A stretch of DNA of 64,000 bases from Acidobacteriota bacterium (GTDB lineage: Bacteria > Acidobacteriota > UBA6911 > RPQK01 > JAJDTT01). The translations under genes were made by a program, and so were the position numbers. Below the pieces are notes generated by a model. The model did not search any database, had not been told where the DNA came from, and worked only from the letters and a program-made list of their open reading frames with translations. How positions within the stretch are numbered: the first letter of the stretch is position 1; every line of letters starts with the position of its first letter. Below, one piece after another: positions 58,489-64,000 of the stretch. The stretch is taken from NCBI GenBank assembly GCA_965217775.1, contig CBDCJH010000002.1, forward strand, positions 4,288,001 through 4,352,000, in the 5' to 3' direction.

Positions 58489-58595
58489 CTGAAGAAACGG
58501 TATGATGAAAAAAGCATGTGACTACGGGGGCGCCCGATCACGCTCGGCTCCCCCAATGAGCTCCTATTCTTGTAACGAACGTCGTTGGAAAGCCG

Positions 58596-59609
58596 TTATT
58601 CCTTCCAGACCCGCTCGAAGAGCCGGAAGACGTTGAGACCCATGATCTTCTGCACGTCTTCCTCGGAATAGGCCCGGCCCGCCAGGCCTGCCGTCAGGTT
58701 CGGCATCTCGTCGGCCCGGGTGATCCCGGCGGGAAGCGGGATGGGATAGGGAAGCGGAAAGACGGTGGAGCCTTTGAGCTTGCCGGCCATGAGCCAGTTG
58801 AACCACTCCTTGGTATGCAGCTCGGTGAAATCCAGGCCGATCCCCACCGAGTCGATGCCCACCAGATCGACCCAGTAGTCGACGACGTCCAGCACGTCCT
58901 CCAGAGTCGAATCGTAGCCGCGGGCCAGGAAGGTGGGGAAGCTGTTGGCGCCGACGATTCCTCCCTTGGCCACCAAGGCCTTCACCTCGTCGTCGGTCTT
59001 GTTCCGGGGATGATCGCACAGGCGCCTGGGATTGGTGTGGCTGAACCAGACCGGGTCCTCCGAGGTTTCGATGGCGTCCATGGTGGTCCGGTGACCGACG
59101 TGGGACAGATCGACGACCATGCCGAGGCGGTTCATCTCGGCCACCAGATCCACCCCGAACTGGCTCAGGCCCACGTCCTGGCGCTCGTAGCAGCCGGCCC
59201 CCACCAGGTTCAGGTCGTTGTAGGTGATCTGGATGGCCCGGACCCCGAGCCGGTGGAAGACTTCCACCAGGTCCAGGTCGTCCTCGATGGGGGAGGAGTT
59301 CTGGAAACCGAAGATGATCCCCACCCGTCCCTCCTCCTTGGCTTTCCGGATGTCTTCGAGACAGGTCACCTGCCGGATGTATCGGGAGTAGGTGTCGAAG
59401 TCCTTGTAGAAGCGGGCGATGTTGCGCAGGGTCCCCTGGGTCCCCTCCCAGACCGCCACGGTGGCGTTGATGGCGGTGAGGCCGCCCTCGTGGAGATGGC
59501 GATAGACCGCCTCCTCCCCCCAACGGCTGACGTTGAGGCCATCGATCACCATGGACCGCTCATGAAGCTGCTTCGCTTCGGATTCCGTTCCCATTTGCCT
59601 AACCTCCAT
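58596..59609 (-). CDS. Membrane dipeptidase family (peptidase M19)
   Basis: GIIFGFQN, IQITYN, GLSQFG..EMNRLGMVVDLSH, SHTN..HPRNKTD, VGIGLDF, KIMGLN. Confidence 0.9.
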   Translation of the reverse strand: MEVRQMGTESEAKQLHERSMVIDGLNVSRWGEEAVYRHLHEGGLTAINATVAVWEGTQGTLRNIARFYKDFDTYSRYIRQVTCLEDIRKAKEEGRVGIIFGFQNSSPIEDDLDLVEVFHRLGVRAIQITYNDLNLVGAGCYERQDVGLSQFGVDLVAEMNRLGMVVDLSHVGHRTTMDAIETSEDPVWFSHTNPRRLCDHPRNKTDDEVKALVAKGGIVGANSFPTFLARGYDSTLEDVLDVVDYWVDLVGIDSVGIGLDFTELHTKEWFNWLMAGKLKGSTVFPLPYPIPLPAGITRADEMPNLTAGLAGRAYSEEDVQKIMGLNVFRLFERVWKE

Positions 59610-60132
59610 CAGTGGTCCAGACCGCTACGATCCGGACTTCGTCCCCGTCTCCTCTGGACCGGACGGACACCCGGCCGGCCGAGTCCGGGCCGGCGGCCTC
59701 CCGCAGAACCATCAAGACACCGTCGGCGACCCCTTCCCACATGGCGTGGCCATCCGGCAGGTCTCCTTCCGGCGCCAGAGCCGAACCCCGGATCCCGATC
59801 TCGACGCGTTCCGCATCGAGCCGGCCCAGCGAGAAGTTCCCCCAGCCCCGCGGGCCCACCTGGACCAGATAGTCCTCCACGGCCTGGCGGGGAGAGCCCC
59901 CCTCGCTTTGGCGGTGCCGGCGGCAGAATTCCACGGCTCCGTCACGGCCCGCCTTGCGGAACGCCTCCCGAAACGCCGCGTCGCCGGTGGCCGCCTTCAT
60001 CTCCCGCAAGATGTAGCGAAGGAAATGGCGCGGCAACAGGATCATCTCCTGCCCTCCCAGGACCAGGCGTCCCGAAGGCTCCAAACGGAGGCTGGAACGC
60101 AGGGATTCGAATCGGTTCGAGGTCTGCGGCAT
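59599..60132 (-). CDS. V4R (4-vinyl reductase)-like domain protein
   Basis: GRL.LGGQEMILLPRHF, AG...A..FC, RGWGNF, IRGSA; overlaps the dipeptidase start. Confidence 0.7.
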   Translation of the reverse strand: MPQTSNRFESLRSSLRLEPSGRLVLGGQEMILLPRHFLRYILREMKAATGDAAFREAFRKAGRDGAVEFCRRHRQSEGGSPRQAVEDYLVQVGPRGWGNFSLGRLDAERVEIGIRGSALAPEGDLPDGHAMWEGVADGVLMVLREAAGPDSAGRVSVRSRGDGDEVRIVAVWTTDGG

Positions 60133-60256
60133 CGGGCAACTATCCCAGGTTACGGTGTCCCATTTGGGCCAAAATGCTAAGGCAGCCAGATCGGAGGAAC
60201 AAGGCCGGTATGACGCTGAGGACGATTGTCATACTTTCGCTGCATGATTTCGGCGT

Positions 60257-61957
60257 GTGGAAACGTCAACAAACCGTCTTTCGGATCCGCGCCCTCAATG
60301 CCCCTCAGCCGTTCAACGGAAGATGACAAGAAAAAGCAGCATCCCGGACCACGGGAGAATCTCCTACCCCACGCGACATCGCGGGCGATTGTTGGCCCGG
60401 GCCACGATGGTCTTGGCGACGGTCGCGATCTTCGGCGTCTTTCATGACCTCCGTGTCCGTGCCCAGGAACCCGGGCTCAGACCCGAGAGCCCGGTTCCCC
60501 TGTCCTACTTCCGCGGCCGACCCCTGAGGATCGGCAACCAGATCCAACTGCTGGCGGACGACTACATCGTGGAGGATCGCTGGAAGCTCCAGCGGCGGGT
60601 GGGCCGGGTGAACAAGTTCATGAGAAACCCGGTCATCGTCCAGGACAAGCCCTGGGAGGACGCAGTCGGAGCCTATCCTTCCGTGCTCCATGACGAACGG
60701 TCGGGCAGGTACCGCATGTGGTACCAATGCTTCAACCTTTCGAACTACTTCTCGAAAGAGGGGCCCTCCTACTACGTTGGCTACGCGGAGAGCGAGGACG
60801 CCTTCAACTGGACGAAACCCCGCCTGCAAGGATTCCCCTTCGCCGGGCACGAACGGACCAACATCGTCTACACCGGCCGCGGCGGGACCCGGGCGGCCGG
60901 CATGCAGGTCTTCCTGAACCCGGACCAGTCCGACCCGGACCGTCGCTTCGTCATGGTCTACATCGGCTCCAGCGGCGTCGACCTGTCCTACTCGCCCGAC
61001 GGCTTTCACTGGAGGGAGGCGCCGGAGCCCCTCTTCCGCTACCACAGCGACTTCCCCAACCATCTCCTCCGGGTCCCCGAGCGGGACCTCTGGTACCTCT
61101 ACGTGCGGCCATCAGTCCGGACCAACGGGATGCTGCCCCTGCCCGAAGGAGTGAGACACACCGGCCGCCGGCTGGCCCTTTCCACCAGCCCGGACCTGAG
61201 AAGCTGGAGTCTCCCCAGGACGATCCTCTATCCGGACGAGAGGGACGAACCGGACTACGACAACCTCTACATCTTCCGCCGGCACGGCTTGTTCATCGCC
61301 TTCTATGCCGAGATGTTCCAAGAGGAGGCGATGAGCGAGACCGTGATGCACGTCGCCACCAGCCGGGACGGGATCCGTTGGGAACGAACCTGGAACCGGG
61401 AGCCGCTGGTGCCCCGGGGCGTCCCGGGGGCCTTCGACCACGGTCTGGTGGAGCCGGGCACCAGCCCGCCGCTGGAGGTGGGCCCCGATCTGCTCATCTA
61501 TTACTACGCCTCCCCGGTGGGCCAGTACTACCTGAACCGGGAGACGGGCGTGGGCGTTTGCCGCCTCAGAAGGGACCGTTTCATCGGTCAGCAGGCAGGC
61601 GACGCCACCGGCTACCTGTTGACCCGCCAGTTCGTCCTGGAAGGAAGCCGCCTGGTCATCAACTGCGCCGCCCTGCATCCGGGAACCCGGCACCGGCGTC
61701 ATCCCTACCAGGCGGAGAGTGACGGAATCCGGGTGGCCATCATCCAGGCCCCCGATTTCAAGACCCGGGAGACGCGCTGGGAGACGGCCATCCCCGGCTT
61801 CGGCCTGGAGGACTGCGACCGGATCTTCACCGACCACCTGAGCCACACCGTGACCTGGAACGGCGATCCGGATCTGAGCCGGCTCAAGGGGCAGCCTGTC
61901 TATCTCCGCTTTCAGCTCAAGAACGCCGACCTCTACTCCTTCCAGATCCGGCCATGA
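60257..61957 (+). CDS. Secreted five-bladed beta-propeller glycosidase-like protein; start uncertain
   Basis: QLLADDY, NPVIVQDKPWE, YRMWY, GYAESEDAFNWTKP, SPDGFHW, TSRDGIRWER, LRRDRF, DLYSFQI. Confidence 0.78.
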   Translation: METSTNRLSDPRPQCPSAVQRKMTRKSSIPDHGRISYPTRHRGRLLARATMVLATVAIFGVFHDLRVRAQEPGLRPESPVPLSYFRGRPLRIGNQIQLLADDYIVEDRWKLQRRVGRVNKFMRNPVIVQDKPWEDAVGAYPSVLHDERSGRYRMWYQCFNLSNYFSKEGPSYYVGYAESEDAFNWTKPRLQGFPFAGHERTNIVYTGRGGTRAAGMQVFLNPDQSDPDRRFVMVYIGSSGVDLSYSPDGFHWREAPEPLFRYHSDFPNHLLRVPERDLWYLYVRPSVRTNGMLPLPEGVRHTGRRLALSTSPDLRSWSLPRTILYPDERDEPDYDNLYIFRRHGLFIAFYAEMFQEEAMSETVMHVATSRDGIRWERTWNREPLVPRGVPGAFDHGLVEPGTSPPLEVGPDLLIYYYASPVGQYYLNRETGVGVCRLRRDRFIGQQAGDATGYLLTRQFVLEGSRLVINCAALHPGTRHRRHPYQAESDGIRVAIIQAPDFKTRETRWETAIPGFGLEDCDRIFTDHLSHTVTWNGDPDLSRLKGQPVYLRFQLKNADLYSFQIRP

Positions 61958-62021
61958 AACGTCCGTCCGGGGGAGGGGGCGGTGACGTGGCGCCGGTCCA
62001 TCGGCATGCCCGCACCGTTTC

Positions 62022-62050
62022 TTGATTGCCGGGGTCATCTTGGATATAGT
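62022..62050 (+). promoter_or_regulatory. Promoter of tRNA-Asn
   Basis: TTGATT-17 nt-TATAGT. Confidence 0.6.
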
Positions 62051-62066
62051 TCGCCGTCATCAATGC

Positions 62067-62145
<79 letters not shown>

Positions 62146-62330
62146 TCCCCGGTAACTTCCACACAACAAACAAGTTCTTCCAGTTCCTAGAGATCATCGG
62201 CCTCCTGTTTTCTTACCGTAGGGCCATAGTCGCGGCGCGTACGGGACCGCGGTCAGTAGCGGACCGGTCAGAAGGGGACAGTCACGTTGTCGCGTAGCGC
62301 GCGTAGCACGTAGGGAGGATGAAATCTAAG

Positions 62331-62363
62331 TTAGTTAACTAAGTTTGATTATCGGACTATACT
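62331..62363 (+). promoter_or_regulatory. Promoter and palindromic operator of vapBC-3
   Basis: TTAACT-17-TATACT, 9 nt before ATG with no SD; palindrome TTAGTTAACTAA at 62331-62342. Confidence 0.6.
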
Positions 62364-62372
62364 GAAAATCTC

Positions 62373-62612
62373 ATGGCTCTAGTGAACGTCCACGAGGCCA
62401 AGCCCCAGCTCTCCCAGCTTCTCGAACGTGTGCGCTCAGGCGAGGAGATTGTGATTGCCAAGGCAGGGAAGCCATGCGCCCGCCTCGTGCCTTTGGACCC
62501 ACCGCCACAGCGAGTACTCGGGCGCTATCGCGATCGAGACGGAGAAATACCGGATTCGGTCTTCGACCCGCTCGAAGAGGCGGACCTGGCAGCTTGGGAA
62601 GGTCTCGAATGA
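62373..62612 (+). CDS. vapB: Phd/YefM family antitoxin
   Basis: VNVHEAKPQLSQLLERVRSGEEIVIAKAGKPCARLVP. Confidence 0.9.
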   Translation: MALVNVHEAKPQLSQLLERVRSGEEIVIAKAGKPCARLVPLDPPPQRVLGRYRDRDGEIPDSVFDPLEEADLAAWEGLE

Positions 62613-62995
62613 ATCTGCTGCTGGACACATGCACTCTCCTCTGGGCATGGGGCCGGCCCGAGAAGCTCAGCCGTCGGCTCCGGGGACTACTGGGAGATCC
62701 TCAAAATCACGTGTGGGTCAGCGCTGCGAGTGCCTGGGAGCTGTCGACCAAACACCGAACTGGTAAATTTCCGGACGGTGGGCACATTCTCGTCGAGTGG
62801 GAGGAACGAATTGCGGAAGATGGTTTTCGACAGTTGACGGTCTCTTTCAATCACGCTCTGCGGGCGGGTTCCTTGCCTGGATCTCACCGGGACCCGTTCG
62901 ACCGCATGATCGCCGCGCAGAGCCTGATCGAGACGCTTCCGGTTGCGACTCCTGACTCGGAGATCGGGGCGCTCGGTGCCGATACCATCTGGTGA
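62609..62995 (+). CDS. vapC: VapC PIN-domain toxin
   Basis: MNLLLDTCTLLW, VSAASAWE, HRDPFDRMIAAQ; ATGA overlap with the antitoxin. Confidence 0.92.
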   Translation: MNLLLDTCTLLWAWGRPEKLSRRLRGLLGDPQNHVWVSAASAWELSTKHRTGKFPDGGHILVEWEERIAEDGFRQLTVSFNHALRAGSLPGSHRDPFDRMIAAQSLIETLPVATPDSEIGALGADTIW

Positions 62996-63049
62996 CTTCT
63001 GATGAAGAACCCCAGGAAAAATGTTCCCCGAATGATGGAGCACTTGTGG

Positions 63050-63096
63050 GTCAAACGGGAAAATCTATAGTCCGTCTATTAATTTTCCCGTTTGAC
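63050..63096. terminator. Perfect 15-bp inverted repeat between convergent vapC and icd
   Basis: GTCAAACGGGAAAAT-17 nt-ATTTTCCCGTTTGAC. Confidence 0.6.
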
Positions 63097-63110
63097 AGCG
63101 TATGGGGAAC

Positions 63111-64000
<890 letters not shown>

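Noticed and set aside
58516-58524. TGTGACTAC, matching a half-site of the vapBC-1 operator, near vapBC-2
   Set aside because: Single 9-bp half-site without a palindromic partner; could be chance

Overview
High-GC bacterial chromosomal window with no phage, integrase, transposase, reverse transcriptase or CRISPR genes recognisable. An Oar-type TonB-dependent receptor, DUF1501/DUF1549/DUF1553 proteins, many secreted hydrolases and a giant Calx-beta/Ig-repeat autotransporter-like protein together suggest an Acidobacteriota genome, possibly a marine or sponge-associated one (inference). Most genes encode secreted or periplasmic catabolic enzymes (sulfatase, PHP metallohydrolase, alpha/beta hydrolases, beta-propeller glycosidase-like proteins, CocE/NonD, sialidase-like). 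There are also two DUF1501-DUF1549/1553 clusters, an aminotransferase-GntP-RidA-FAD/Fe-S oxidase operon, a V4R-dipeptidase-SSS-racemase cluster, three vapBC toxin-antitoxin pairs, tRNA-Asn(GTT) and the 3' part of icd. Structure the gene calls do not explain includes two families of ~158-bp palindromic MITEs that sit at YTAR sites, mostly overlapping stop codons, and stack in tandem. Other such features are GGAG/GTAG REP clusters, a decayed tandem duplication (13.6-27.1 kb), probable ACG and CTG start codons, leaderless vapB promoters with palindromic operators, and a frameshifted GHKL-ATPase relic.
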